A stretch of 64,000 nt of DNA, taken from NCBI GenBank assembly GCA_050259135.1, contig JBLNAA010000008.1, forward strand, positions 5,931 through 69,930, in the 5' to 3' direction. A program made the translations under genes and the position numbers. The notes under the pieces were generated by a model. That model made no database searches and was not told the DNA's origin. It saw only the letters and a program-made list of their open reading frames with translations. Each line of letters opens with the position of its first letter. Position 1 is the stretch's first letter. This DNA comes from Methylocystaceae bacterium (lineage in GTDB: Bacteria; Bacillota; Syntrophomonadia; Syntrophomonadales; JBLNAA01). Below, piece by piece: positions 28,473 to 39,282 of the stretch.

Positions 28473-30245
28473 CTACTTTTTCTCCCCAGTTTTCAGCCCT
28501 AACTCCCGCAATTGTTTACTGGCAACTTTGGAGGGAGCATTAGTCATGGGGCAGGACGCACTCTGGGTCTTTGGGAATGCCATTACATCACGAATGGAAC
28601 TCCGTCCAGCCATCAGCATAACCACCCGATCGATACCGAAAGCTACTCCACCGTGCGGAGGCGGACCAAATTCAAAGGCATCCAGCATGTATCCGAATTT
28701 CCCACGGGCTTCTTCGGGAGTAAATCCGATTACTTCAAACACTTTCTCCTGTATCTCCCGCCGATGAATCCGAATACTCCCACCGCCGATTTCCACACCA
28801 TTCAGCACCAGATCATAGGCACGGGCTCGTGTCCGGCCGGGATTATCACTATCTAATAGCGGTAAATCCTCGATTTTAGGGCTGGTAAACATATGATGCA
28901 TAGCTGCCCAGCGTTTTTCTTCTTCATCAAATTCCAGCAGCGGGAAATCAACTACCCAGACGAAGTTTAGCTGTTCCGGGTCAATAAGGTCTAATTTTTT
29001 CCCCAGATCAAGTCGCAGTGCCCCTAATACCTTGGCTACCATGGCTGCCGAATCAGCCGCAAATAGAATCAGGTCTCCGGTTTCGGCACCCACTGCCTGC
29101 AGCAGTTCATTCGTTTTATTTTCACCCAGAAACTTGATAATCGGAGAACGCAGGCCATCTTCAGCCACATTAATCCAGGCCAGGCCCTTGGCGCCCAGGC
29201 TCTGAGCATAAACTCCCAAATCGTCAATTTCCTTGCGGGAGAAAGCACCACAACCTTTGGCATTCAAAGCTCGAACCACACCGCCATTTTTAATAGCGCT
29301 GGCAAAGACCTTAAAATCTACATCTTTAACTAACTCGGTCAGATCGATGATCTCCAGACCAAAGCGGGTATCCGGTTTGTCGGAACCATAACGGAGCATG
29401 GCGGTGTCATAGGTCAAGCGGGGAAAAGGCAGGGACAGTTCTTTACCAACCGCCGCTTTGAAAATATGGGCGATCATTCCCTCGACTAGGTACTGGATAT
29501 CTTCCTCATCAATAAATGACATTTCCATATCCAACTGGGTAAATTCCGGCTGCCGATCAGCCCGCAGGTCTTCATCCCGGAAGCAGCGGGCAATTTGGAA
29601 ATACTTTTCCATACCCGCCACCATAAGAATCTGCTTATAAGTCTGCGGTGACTGCGGCAAGGCATAAAACTCACCCTGATGAACCCGGCTGGGTACCAGG
29701 TAATCGCGAGCCCCTTCGGGAGTGCTGTTGCATAAGATCGGGGTTTCGATTTCCAAAAAATCCTGATCATTCAGATACTGTCTGATCGCATTGACCACCC
29801 GGTGGCGCAGGATAATATTATCCTTCATTTCCGGTCTTCTTAAATCCAGATAACGATATTTCAGCCGCAGCGTTTCATCAACATCAATTCCATCTTCAAT
29901 ATAAAACGGTGGTGTCTTGGAGGGACTCAATATCTCCATTCGATCAGCATATACTTCAATTTCACCGGTCATCATATTCGGGTTGATGGTACCTTCCGGG
30001 CGAGCTCTTACTACCCCGGTTACCGACAGACAATACTCACTGCGTACCGCTTCCGCCAGGTGAAAGGCATCAAGATCAACTTCCGGGCTGAACACTGTCT
30101 GAATCAGACCAGAACGATCCCTTAAATCAATAAAAATAAGTCCTCCGTGATCGCGGCGGGTATTTACCCAACCGTTAAGTACTACTTTTTCTCCTAAATT
30201 TTGCAGCGATAACTCACTGGCACTATGGCTGCGCTTCCAACTCAT
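28473..30245 (-). CDS. aspS: Aspartate--tRNA ligase
   Basis: Class IIb aaRS, 590 aa (FRDEDLRADRQPEFTQLD, GGGSIRIH). Confidence 0.97.
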   Translation of the reverse strand: MSWKRSHSASELSLQNLGEKVVLNGWVNTRRDHGGLIFIDLRDRSGLIQTVFSPEVDLDAFHLAEAVRSEYCLSVTGVVRARPEGTINPNMMTGEIEVYADRMEILSPSKTPPFYIEDGIDVDETLRLKYRYLDLRRPEMKDNIILRHRVVNAIRQYLNDQDFLEIETPILCNSTPEGARDYLVPSRVHQGEFYALPQSPQTYKQILMVAGMEKYFQIARCFRDEDLRADRQPEFTQLDMEMSFIDEEDIQYLVEGMIAHIFKAAVGKELSLPFPRLTYDTAMLRYGSDKPDTRFGLEIIDLTELVKDVDFKVFASAIKNGGVVRALNAKGCGAFSRKEIDDLGVYAQSLGAKGLAWINVAEDGLRSPIIKFLGENKTNELLQAVGAETGDLILFAADSAAMVAKVLGALRLDLGKKLDLIDPEQLNFVWVVDFPLLEFDEEEKRWAAMHHMFTSPKIEDLPLLDSDNPGRTRARAYDLVLNGVEIGGGSIRIHRREIQEKVFEVIGFTPEEARGKFGYMLDAFEFGPPPHGGVAFGIDRVVMLMAGRSSIRDVMAFPKTQSASCPMTNAPSKVASKQLRELGLKTGEKK

Positions 30246-30266
30246 TAATGTTTCCTCCTCACCTGG

Positions 30267-31532
30267 TTAAGACCGCTTTTGCAGGTAATCCAAAACCTGT
30301 ATGCGGGGTATGGTTTCCTGAGTTTTATTCTGCATGTCCCTGATCGAGCAGGTTCCTTCCCTGATTTCATCTTCACCTAACATGATAACTTGGCGGGCAC
30401 CTCGTTTATCAGCAAAACGCATTTGTGCCTTCAGTCCGCGCTGATTATAATCCTGATCACATCTGAACCCGGCATCACGCAACTCTTTCAGCAGGGCGAA
30501 GCCCTGACCAGCATACTGCGGGTCAAGAACACAAATAAAGGCATCCAATCCCTGATCAAGCTGCCGGTCAATCCCGGACAGCTCCTGGGCAATCAGTAAT
30601 CTTTCCAGTCCCATAGCAAAGCCTATCCCTGGCATCGGCGGACCTCCCAATTCTGAGATAAGGCCATTATATCGTCCGCCTCCTCCAACTGCACTTTGGG
30701 CACCGATCCCCTTGATATGAATTTCAAAGGCAGTCTGGGTATAATAATCGAGTCCCCGTACCAGGCCCGGGTCCAGGGTATAATTAACACCTACAGCGTC
30801 TAATAAGGCCTGTACCTGACTGAAATGTTGATTACAGTAGGGACACAGATAGTCATAAATGGGCGGGTAGCCGCTCACCAGCTTCTGACATTCCTCTTCC
30901 TTGCAGTCCAGTACCCGCAGGGGATTAATATCTACCCGGCGCTGGCAGTCAGCACATAATTTTTCCCGGGAGGGCTCCAGGTAATTTATCAAAGCCTGGC
31001 GATAAGCAACCCGACATTCCGGGCATCCCACTGAATTTAGATGCAACTCATAATCACCCAGCCCAAGATCTCTCAGTATGTCAATCAACAAACAGATAAC
31101 CTCGGCATCAACTTCCGGTCCTTCACTGCCGAAAACCTCAACCCCGAACTGGTGAAACTGTCTTAAACGTCCGGCCTGTGGTTTATCGTAACGAAACATC
31201 GGGCCGTGGTAGTACCATTTAGTAGGTTGGGCCTGTGCCTGGACCTGATTTTCCAAGAAGGCCCGAACCGCGGAAGCAGTGTTTTCTGGTCGCAAGGTGA
31301 CACTGCGCCCTTTCTTGTCATTAAATGTATACATTTCCTTTTGCACAATATCGGTGGCTTCGCCGACCGAGCGGGTAAAAAGCTCGGTGTGCTCAAAGAT
31401 CGGAGTAATTACTTCATCATAGCCATACATTTCAGCCCGATTGACGATCGTATCAATTAGCTGCCGAAGTCCGGCCGAACGGCCTGGCAGCCAGTCTTCT
31501 GTCCCCCTGGGAGCTTTAATACTCATTGCCAT
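30267..31532 (-). CDS. hisS: Histidine--tRNA ligase
   Basis: Class IIa aaRS (MFRYDKPQAGRLRQFHQFGVE, GGGRYNGL). Confidence 0.97.
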   Translation of the reverse strand: MAMSIKAPRGTEDWLPGRSAGLRQLIDTIVNRAEMYGYDEVITPIFEHTELFTRSVGEATDIVQKEMYTFNDKKGRSVTLRPENTASAVRAFLENQVQAQAQPTKWYYHGPMFRYDKPQAGRLRQFHQFGVEVFGSEGPEVDAEVICLLIDILRDLGLGDYELHLNSVGCPECRVAYRQALINYLEPSREKLCADCQRRVDINPLRVLDCKEEECQKLVSGYPPIYDYLCPYCNQHFSQVQALLDAVGVNYTLDPGLVRGLDYYTQTAFEIHIKGIGAQSAVGGGGRYNGLISELGGPPMPGIGFAMGLERLLIAQELSGIDRQLDQGLDAFICVLDPQYAGQGFALLKELRDAGFRCDQDYNQRGLKAQMRFADKRGARQVIMLGEDEIREGTCSIRDMQNKTQETIPRIQVLDYLQKRS

Positions 31533-31579
31533 CCCCTTCTAGTCCACGAAAATGGCGTTATTACGCCAAAACACTAGGT

Positions 31580-33055
31580 TTATTCTATGTTAAGGGCTCT
31601 TAGCTTGTCAACTTTGGCTGTTACCAGCCGGTCAACACTTTTGAGGTAAACCTCTGGGTTTTTCGGATTGTAAGTCGAGGTTAGAGTCCAATCTTTAACT
31701 CGAACAAATTTGCTGCCGGCTCCCCCGCCCAAACCAATAATACTCTGGCGTTCCTCAATAACCTGAATATTATAACGACAGGCTGATCCGGGTAAAGTAA
31801 ATCCAATATTTTCTTCATCTGACCGCATATTTTTCTGCCGATAAAGATAATACGGTTCATATCCGTTATTGGCAAGAGCCTCAGCGAAAAATGATACTCC
31901 TGATTTTACTGTTTGTTCTCTCTTGCCCAGCCCTTCCACTTCCGTCCAGGCCGAGCCCTTTTTGGCTGCCAGGGTATGAACAGTTATGTTTTCCGGATGC
32001 AGATTCAATAAATCCCCCAGCGTCTGTTCCCATTCCACGGTGCCTTCCCCCGGCAGCCCGACGATTATATCCATATTAAGTACAGGTATCCCAGCTGCCC
32101 TGACTAATTCCACCGCTTCAATAACCTGTCTGCGATTGTGCATCCGGCCTACCCGCTGCAGAGTAGCATCATTCATGGATTGAGGATTGACACAGACACG
32201 GTTTACCCCCGTTCTTTGCAGGGTAACAACTAAATCTTTATCCATGGTGTCCGGCCGCCCGGCCTCCACGGTAAATTCCAGGTCAGAACTGACCGGCATT
32301 TGTGTTTTCAATGTTTCTATCAGCTGCTCCATCCGGGCAGCACCCAATATGCTGGGGGTACCCCCGCCTATATAAAGATTTTCCACCTGTAGGCCTAACT
32401 CTTTAATGCCTGATGCCACCCCGATAATTTCCTGCTGTAATGCGGCAAGAAAACTCGTTAGTTCATCTTCAGGACGTGTCAGCTGAGTAGCCGGAAAAGA
32501 ACAGTAAAAACACCGAGACGGGCAATAGGGTATGCCGACATAGATACTGATCAACTGTGAAGCCGCCTCCGGTGCATGCAGATAAGGCCGCTCTCGACAG
32601 GCAATATCATATAAAAGCTCTGCTTTTTTAAGGTCAATACGGTAAGCCTGGTTCAGTTTGGTGATAATCTGCTGTTTAGTCCTGCCGATGTCCAGCATCC
32701 GGTGTACCAATTTGGTTGGGCGAATGCCGGTTAGGATACCATATGGGGCATGAATCGGCCCCAAAAAGTTAGACAGTACTTCCAGGGTAAAGACTCTTGC
32801 TAACCTTCGTTGATCATTCTCATTACTGCTGAGGTAAGCAACCTGCCATTCCCTGGTCCGCTCCCCGTCATCAAAGCTGGCAGTAAATAACACACTATGC
32901 TTACGGTTTACCCGGGAAACCGTGAGTACCGGCAGTCCCGTAATTTCCCTGACCAGAGCAGCCCCTGGGAAGAAAAGACGGATAATTTCGTGGATATGGA
33001 AATATAGTTCCTCTGGCTCGGCTTGCACATATACCGTACTATTCACCGTTATCAC
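31580..33055 (-). CDS. Radical SAM protein, coproporphyrinogen dehydrogenase HemZ-like
   Basis: CxxxCxxC motif in GIPYCPSRCFYCSF. HemN-like core with an about 170-aa N-terminal extension. Length 491 aa. Confidence 0.65.
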   Translation of the reverse strand: MITVNSTVYVQAEPEELYFHIHEIIRLFFPGAALVREITGLPVLTVSRVNRKHSVLFTASFDDGERTREWQVAYLSSNENDQRRLARVFTLEVLSNFLGPIHAPYGILTGIRPTKLVHRMLDIGRTKQQIITKLNQAYRIDLKKAELLYDIACRERPYLHAPEAASQLISIYVGIPYCPSRCFYCSFPATQLTRPEDELTSFLAALQQEIIGVASGIKELGLQVENLYIGGGTPSILGAARMEQLIETLKTQMPVSSDLEFTVEAGRPDTMDKDLVVTLQRTGVNRVCVNPQSMNDATLQRVGRMHNRRQVIEAVELVRAAGIPVLNMDIIVGLPGEGTVEWEQTLGDLLNLHPENITVHTLAAKKGSAWTEVEGLGKREQTVKSGVSFFAEALANNGYEPYYLYRQKNMRSDEENIGFTLPGSACRYNIQVIEERQSIIGLGGGAGSKFVRVKDWTLTSTYNPKNPEVYLKSVDRLVTAKVDKLRALNIE

Positions 33056-33088
33056 CCATCTTCACGCCACATTGTTATCTTCTGTCAC

Positions 33089-33121
33089 AATAAACGCCCG
33101 GGCCGATATATCCCCGGGCGC
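33089..33121 (-). terminator. Intrinsic terminator after the MBL hydrolase gene
   Basis: Minus strand reads CGCCCGGGG-ATATATCGG-CCCGGGCG followed by TTTATT. Confidence 0.7.
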
Positions 33122-33163
33122 CTTTTTGACCAAGAAAAATGGTGTTAATCATTATTTCCCATT

Positions 33164-33781
33164 TTAGAGGAACGGATTGTACTGACGCTCAAAGCCAATG
33201 CTGGTGGCGGGTCCGTGTCCCGGGTAAACAACAGTATCGTCACTGTAAACCATCAGCTTGTCCTTGATGCTGCGGATCAAAGTCTCATAGGAACCACCTG
33301 GAAAATCGGTGCGCCCAATGGAGCCATAAAATAAAGTATCGCCGGAAAAAATCACATTGTCAGCTACCAGACATATGCCTCCGGGAGTATGTCCGGGGGT
33401 ATGCAGTACTTTAAGTTCCAGGTTTCCGGCTTTAACCACATCGCCCTCATCCAGTAATTCATCGGCAGCACCGCTGGTTACCGGCCTGCCCATAAACATT
33501 GAAAAGTTAGCTGCCGAAGAAGTTAACATTTTGGCATCCAACCGATGAATCACGATTTTGGCTCCGGTAAATTTTTTAACCTCATCATTGGCACCAATAT
33601 GATCGACATGGCCATGAGTGTTAACAATTGTCTCCACGGTATAACCACTGCCTTTAATCATATTAATGATGGCATTAGGAGCGGCACCCGGATCAATTAT
33701 TATTGCCTTCTTGGTTTCTTCGCACCCCACTAAATAACAATTGCTGGCAATAGCGCCGACTTCCATTCCCTTGATAAACAT
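33164..33781 (-). CDS. MBL-fold metallo-hydrolase (glyoxalase II-like)
   Basis: THGHVDH motif, HTPGHTPG, and C-terminal GHG. Confidence 0.8.
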   Translation of the reverse strand: MFIKGMEVGAIASNCYLVGCEETKKAIIIDPGAAPNAIINMIKGSGYTVETIVNTHGHVDHIGANDEVKKFTGAKIVIHRLDAKMLTSSAANFSMFMGRPVTSGAADELLDEGDVVKAGNLELKVLHTPGHTPGGICLVADNVIFSGDTLFYGSIGRTDFPGGSYETLIRSIKDKLMVYSDDTVVYPGHGPATSIGFERQYNPFL

Positions 33782-33801
33782 ATTTCCAACCTCCTATCAG
33801 G

Positions 33802-34251
33802 TTAAAAAAGCTTACTGCTATCCAGTAATATGGTTACCGGTCCGTCGTTAACCAGACTAACCTGCATATGCGCCCCAAAACTGCCAGTTCCTACCCTGAT
33901 ACCTATACTTTTTAATTGATTTACCATATCTTCAATTATTGCTTGTGCGGCTTCTGGTTCCTTGGCATGTGAAAAGCCGGGGCGTCTTCCTTTGCGGGCA
34001 TCACCGGCTAAAGTAAATTGAGATACCAGTAAGATTTCTCCCTCCACATCTAACAATGAGCGATTCATCTTTTCTTCATCATCTTCAAAGATTCTCAGAT
34101 TGACAATTTTATCTACTATATAAGATGCATCAGCTGGACGATCATCCTCCATCACTGCCAGCAGCACCATCAAGCCATGGTTAATCTTACCTATTGATAT
34201 TCCATCCACCTTAACCTCTGCCTGCGTTACCCTTTGAACCACGGCTCTCAT
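33802..34251 (-). CDS. dtd: D-aminoacyl-tRNA deacylase
   Basis: MRAVVQRV…SQFTL…GRRP…NDGPVT motifs. Length 149 aa. Confidence 0.95.
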   Translation of the reverse strand: MRAVVQRVTQAEVKVDGISIGKINHGLMVLLAVMEDDRPADASYIVDKIVNLRIFEDDEEKMNRSLLDVEGEILLVSQFTLAGDARKGRRPGFSHAKEPEAAQAIIEDMVNQLKSIGIRVGTGSFGAHMQVSLVNDGPVTILLDSSKLF

Positions 34252-36419
34252 CGGGGCACCACCCTCCGGACCTCCGTTACATCCTTTACCTTGGTTATGC
34301 GCTGCATCACTGCCTGCAGCTGGCTCAAGTCCTTGATCTCCAGCTTAAGATTGATCAAAGCCTGGTTTGTCTTTGAGGCACGGGAGAATACGGAATTAAT
34401 ATTAATGTGCGCATCAGCTACTGTATTCATAATATCGGTAGTCAGCCGGGCCCGATTATAAGCAACTATTTCAAGTTCTACCAGGTAACTGCCATTTTGC
34501 TGGTCTGCCCACTCAACTTCGACAATGCGTTCTACTTCATGGCTTAGATGTCCGACAAAATTGGGGCAATCCAACCGGTGTACACTCACCCCTTTACCTC
34601 GGGTAATATATCCGGTAATAGCATCTCCCGGCAGCGGGTTACAGCAGCGGGATAAGCGTACCACCACATTATCTACTCCTTTTACCCTGATGGTAGTACC
34701 GCCTACCAGCTGACTTGACTTTTTGCGCTGCTCCAGCAGAATCTGCCCTTCAATAAGTTCATCAACCTTGGTCTGGCGGAAAAATTCTTCTTTCAGTCGA
34801 TTGGTAACCTGCAGCGCGGTAACCGTCCCATCACCAATTGCCGAAAAAACATCATCTACCTGCTTCAGATTCAAGCGCTGGGCTACCTTGAGCAGATTCT
34901 CTTCTTTCATTAATTCCTTGACATCAAGGTTATTGCGTTTGAGTTCCGCTTCGAGCAAGTCACGGCCGCGAATAATAAAATCCTGCCGCTTCTCCCGCTT
35001 GAAATACTGCTTGATCCGGCTCTTCGCCTGTGAAGTACGCACAAAATTGAGCCAATCACGGCTGGGGCCTGGTGACTGCTTGGAAGTCATTATCTCAACA
35101 ATATCAGAATTGTTCAGGGTATAATCCAGAGGTACAATTCGCCCATTGACCCGGGCTCCTACACAGCGATGACCGACTTCGGTGTGCACCCGGTAAGCAA
35201 AATCAAGCGGGCAGGCACCCTTGGGCAATTCCACCACGTCACCTTTTGGGGTAAAAACGAAAACTGTATCGGCAAAGAGATCTATACGCAGGGTATCCAT
35301 GAATTCGTGGGTATCTTTAACGTCTTGCTGCCATTCTAAAATTCGTCTGAGCCAGACCAGTTTTTCTTCAAATTCGCGGTCGCCCTGTACCCCTTCTTTG
35401 TACTTCCAGTGGGCAGCAATACCATACTCAGCAGTACGATGCATTTCCCAGGTTCGGATCTGTACCTCGAATGGTTCCCCCCCTTTGCCAATCAGGGTGG
35501 TGTGAAGTGACTGATACATATTCGGTTTGGGCATCGCGATATAATCCTTAAAGCGCCCCGGCAATGGTGTCCACAGAGTATGAATAGTTCCCAAGACAGC
35601 ATAGCAATCACGTACATTATCCACGATAACCCGAATGGCAATTTTATCATAGATCTCGTCAAGATCTTTATTCTGCTTGATCATTTTTTTATATATAGAA
35701 TACAGGTTTTTAGGGCGTCCTTCGATATCAGCCACAATATCTGTGCCCACTAATGCTTCTTTTATTTGTTCCACCAAATGAGTAACATAATCTTCCCGTT
35801 CCGTACGTTTAACTTTCAGCCGCGAAGCAATCGCAAAATACATTTCCGGTTCCAGATAACGAAATGACAGGTCTTCCAATTCCCACTTGAACCTGAAGAT
35901 TCCCAACCGATGGGCCAGGGGAGCAAATATCTCCAGGGTTTCACGGGCGATTTCCTTTTGCTTATCCGGAGGTTGGTGGGATAAGGTGCGCATATTATGC
36001 AGACGGTCGGCCAGCTTAATTAAAACTACGCGAATATCCTGAGCCATAGCAAAGAACATCTTTCGCAGATTCTCAGCCTGAGCTTCCTCTTTAGTCTTAA
36101 ATTCCAGGCGTGACAATTTGGTTACCCCATCAACCAGAAAGGCAACTTCTTCACCAAATTCCGCGATTAAATCCTCAAGCGTGGCGTCAGTATCCTCAAC
36201 CACATCGTGGAGCAGAGCAGCCGATATAGTAATGGCATCAAGCTCCAGCTCAGTCAGTATATGTGCCACCGCCAGGGGATGAATTATGTAAGGCTCCCCG
36301 GAATTGCGGAGTTGGAGATGATGAGCTTCCCGGGCGAAAATAAAGGCCCGGCTAACCAGCAGTATATCTCCGTGCGGGTTATATTCAGCTATGGCGCTAA
36401 TTAGTTCATCTGGTTCCAT
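34248..36419 (-). CDS. relA: Bifunctional (p)ppGpp synthetase/hydrolase RelA/SpoT (Rel)
   Basis: HD hydrolase domain, synthetase (YQSLHTT), TGS and C-terminal ACT regions. Length 723 aa. Confidence 0.95.
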   Translation of the reverse strand: MEPDELISAIAEYNPHGDILLVSRAFIFAREAHHLQLRNSGEPYIIHPLAVAHILTELELDAITISAALLHDVVEDTDATLEDLIAEFGEEVAFLVDGVTKLSRLEFKTKEEAQAENLRKMFFAMAQDIRVVLIKLADRLHNMRTLSHQPPDKQKEIARETLEIFAPLAHRLGIFRFKWELEDLSFRYLEPEMYFAIASRLKVKRTEREDYVTHLVEQIKEALVGTDIVADIEGRPKNLYSIYKKMIKQNKDLDEIYDKIAIRVIVDNVRDCYAVLGTIHTLWTPLPGRFKDYIAMPKPNMYQSLHTTLIGKGGEPFEVQIRTWEMHRTAEYGIAAHWKYKEGVQGDREFEEKLVWLRRILEWQQDVKDTHEFMDTLRIDLFADTVFVFTPKGDVVELPKGACPLDFAYRVHTEVGHRCVGARVNGRIVPLDYTLNNSDIVEIMTSKQSPGPSRDWLNFVRTSQAKSRIKQYFKREKRQDFIIRGRDLLEAELKRNNLDVKELMKEENLLKVAQRLNLKQVDDVFSAIGDGTVTALQVTNRLKEEFFRQTKVDELIEGQILLEQRKKSSQLVGGTTIRVKGVDNVVVRLSRCCNPLPGDAITGYITRGKGVSVHRLDCPNFVGHLSHEVERIVEVEWADQQNGSYLVELEIVAYNRARLTTDIMNTVADAHININSVFSRASKTNQALINLKLEIKDLSQLQAVMQRITKVKDVTEVRRVVPR

Positions 36420-39193
36420 CTCTTATCACCACCCGTGTTTGCCAACTGCCGCAGATCACTTTCCCAGTGCAGCCACTCCTGTAATTCCCACTTACCTTCC
36501 AGGTATAACAGGGAGTCGGTCAGCCGAACCTGGCCGCTGCGGTTAATTAGATTAATTGATAGGTTCTCCGGGCCGATATTGGCTTGTAAAACTCCAGTTT
36601 GATGAAGTATCGCCAATGCTGCTGCCAGCAGTTTACTATTGATGGTTCTTCCCAGGGCTGAGCTAATTTCATCAGCCAGCTGCTCCCGGTTATATAGATG
36701 CTTACCGTTAACCCGAGCGGCCAGGTATTTCAAAACCGACTCGATGATGGCTGCGTCAGGATAGCGACTATTATAATAACTAAAATTATGCTCCACTTCA
36801 GGTGGGGAGAAAACAGTTAAGGTTTGAGCCGGTTGAAAATAATTGTTCAGTAATGTCCATTCTCCCCTGGATACCGGTGCGTCTGCCAGCACCAACCGTG
36901 CCAAACCAAATGGCTGGGTATTTAATATATCCCCGGAGGTAATTAAGGTACCGCCATTTTCTATCCACTGCTGTCTTAATTCCATTCTTTCAGCCCGGGA
37001 AGCAACCCGGTTTTCATTAATAATATCCCTACTATTATCGAAGGTCATCAGCAGTTGGCCGCTGCTGTAAACTGCTTCCCGCTCCCGTGCGGTATCGGTA
37101 TTAACCCAATCATCAGCCTCAACGGTTTGGGCCTTAAGCAGATGTGCTGTTAATAACCCAAAAAAGGCATCCTGGTAAGCATCCCGGCTGACCGGAAGCC
37201 ATACTGCCCACCGTTTCGGTGAACCAAACTTTTTTATATGATATGGGAAGTAAACCGGGGTTGTCAAAAATATTCTATTCTCACCCCGAATTAACATCTC
37301 CTGTGCCCGGGTACCGTTCAGGGCCCGACCGCAAAGCGCCACCGCTCTTGCCCCATAAATTTCCCGATAATAGGGCCAAAGGCGCTCTAAAACCCGTTGG
37401 TCGGGACAAGTTATCAACACCGGCCTATCATCTGGTGCTCCGCCTACAAACCTGGGCTTCCAACTTACTGTCGGCCGTCTGATAACCTGAGGGCGAATGT
37501 CCAACAGTTTCAATGACAGGGTACGCCGACCATTAAACTCATTTATTTCCGGGGTATAAGCTATATCATATCGACTCTGAAGGTCAATCTCATCGGCTAA
37601 CATTCCTTCACGGAAAAAGATTACCTCCACCTGGTCAGCATTACTAACCCAGCCTTTAAAGTGCTCACTGCTCTTTCCGATTCGGGTTACTCGATCAAAG
37701 CGCACGTTAGTTTGAAAAACTGGTGCCGGGTTGCCTTCTCCAAAGGGACGGAGGCGGCCTCCCAGTTCACCTAACTCCAAAGTCAAACTGCTGGCTGGCA
37801 ATGGGCAGTCAATAAATAAGGTGGCGGCTGCGGATGGATCAAAATAACAATCGGCCGCCGCTTGATTGATTTGCTGACAAAAGGAAACATAATTATCCCG
37901 GCTTACCTCGACACCGGCTGCTCCCTGATGCCCCCCAAAATGCTCTAGAGTTGCCGCTGATTGCCGCAGTGCCTCCATAATATCGAATCCCGCAATACTG
38001 CGGGCTGATCCCTTGCCTAATTTTTCGCCCCAGCTGATCAGTATAGCCGGGCGTTGATATCGCTGAGCCACCCGGGAAGCAACAATCCCAACCACTCCCT
38101 GGTGCCAGCCATCATTAGCCAGCACCAAGACCTCTGGCAGTTGATCGCCGCAGGCATCTACCATGCGGATAGCATCCTGGAATATCTGCTCTTCCACCCC
38201 TTGGCGCTGTGAATTCAAATCATTTAATTCCTGTGCCAGGGTTTCGGCCTCATCTTCATCTTCAGTCAACAAAAGCCTAAGCGCTGGCTCGGCATTATCA
38301 AGACGTCCGGCTGCATTTAAGCGGGGGGCAATGATAAATCCAATGTGATAGGTGCTTAACTCCCTGTCACCCATCCGTGCGGCAGCCAGCAGCTTTTTCA
38401 AGCCAATTCGTCCCGGTATCTGCTGCAGCCCTTCTTTTACCCATTGACGGTTGTATCCAGTAAGGGGTACAATATCTGCCACGACCGCCAGAGCCAGAAG
38501 ATCAAGCCAGCGCTGGCTGTAGGCTGCCTCTCCCTGACTTCTGAGCAGCGCCATGGCCAGGCAAAATGCTACCCCGGCCCCGCAGAGCTCTTGGCCTGAC
38601 ATCTGGGGATTAATCCGGGGGTTAATAACCACCTCAGCCGGCGGCAGATGTTCACCGGGCTGATGATGATCAGTGATAATGGTTTTCATACCCAACCGAT
38701 GCGCCGCTTCTACCTCATGGTCAGCTGAGATCCCACAATCCACCGTCAATAATATTTTATAACCCTCACGGGCCATATCGGTTACTACTTCTTCGGTCAA
38801 GCCATAGCCTTCAATAAAACGATTTGGTAATCGGTAAGCCACCTGAAAGCCCATATACTTTAGGCATTCATACATAATTGCTGTGCTGCAGATTCCATCC
38901 ACATCATAATCGCCATATACTATTACCGCTTGCTTCAGATCATAAGCTTCTAACAATAAGCGAACCGCCTCATCACATCCGTCTAAGGCAGGGGTTTCCC
39001 CATTCCAGCGTTCGACTAGATACTGTCTGGCCGCTTCCAACTGGTTAATGCGTCGGTTAACCAACAGGGTGGCTACTATTGGGTTAATCGCCAGTTCGGC
39101 TGCCAATTTATTTACCTTGTCCTTATCAGGGGATGCTAACACCCAGTTCTGATATTTTTGCAAACCTTTATTACTCCCGTTCAATGGATCCAA
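36401..39193 (-). CDS. recJ: Single-stranded-DNA-specific exonuclease RecJ with long C-terminal extension
   Basis: DHH motifs (DYDVDG, DCG, DHH) and DHHA1 (GGHQGAAG) in the first about 570 aa, followed by about 360 aa of extra sequence. TTG start. Overlaps the relA start by 19 nt. Confidence 0.9.
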   Translation of the reverse strand: MDPLNGSNKGLQKYQNWVLASPDKDKVNKLAAELAINPIVATLLVNRRINQLEAARQYLVERWNGETPALDGCDEAVRLLLEAYDLKQAVIVYGDYDVDGICSTAIMYECLKYMGFQVAYRLPNRFIEGYGLTEEVVTDMAREGYKILLTVDCGISADHEVEAAHRLGMKTIITDHHQPGEHLPPAEVVINPRINPQMSGQELCGAGVAFCLAMALLRSQGEAAYSQRWLDLLALAVVADIVPLTGYNRQWVKEGLQQIPGRIGLKKLLAAARMGDRELSTYHIGFIIAPRLNAAGRLDNAEPALRLLLTEDEDEAETLAQELNDLNSQRQGVEEQIFQDAIRMVDACGDQLPEVLVLANDGWHQGVVGIVASRVAQRYQRPAILISWGEKLGKGSARSIAGFDIMEALRQSAATLEHFGGHQGAAGVEVSRDNYVSFCQQINQAAADCYFDPSAAATLFIDCPLPASSLTLELGELGGRLRPFGEGNPAPVFQTNVRFDRVTRIGKSSEHFKGWVSNADQVEVIFFREGMLADEIDLQSRYDIAYTPEINEFNGRRTLSLKLLDIRPQVIRRPTVSWKPRFVGGAPDDRPVLITCPDQRVLERLWPYYREIYGARAVALCGRALNGTRAQEMLIRGENRIFLTTPVYFPYHIKKFGSPKRWAVWLPVSRDAYQDAFFGLLTAHLLKAQTVEADDWVNTDTAREREAVYSSGQLLMTFDNSRDIINENRVASRAERMELRQQWIENGGTLITSGDILNTQPFGLARLVLADAPVSRGEWTLLNNYFQPAQTLTVFSPPEVEHNFSYYNSRYPDAAIIESVLKYLAARVNGKHLYNREQLADEISSALGRTINSKLLAAALAILHQTGVLQANIGPENLSINLINRSGQVRLTDSLLYLEGKWELQEWLHWESDLRQLANTGGDKRWNQMN

Positions 39194-39238
39194 TCATTTA
39201 ATTATAGCATTATGGGAGCCGCCTTTCGGACAAGGGGC

Positions 39239-39270
39239 AAAATAACAAAGGAGGTGAATATTTCACCTCC
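39239..39270 (-). terminator. Intrinsic terminator after the LapA-like gene
   Basis: Minus strand reads GGAGGTGAA-ATA-TTCACCTCC followed by TTTGTTATTTT. Confidence 0.75.
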
Positions 39271-39282
39271 CTGGTAGTCAAT

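Noticed and set aside
31533-31579. Expected T-box leader upstream of hisS-aspS, as in Bacilli
   Set aside because: Only 47 nt separate hisS from the upstream hemZ-like gene, which is too short for a T-box. Only about 30 nt separate the terminator at 33089-33121 from the hemZ-like start at 33055.
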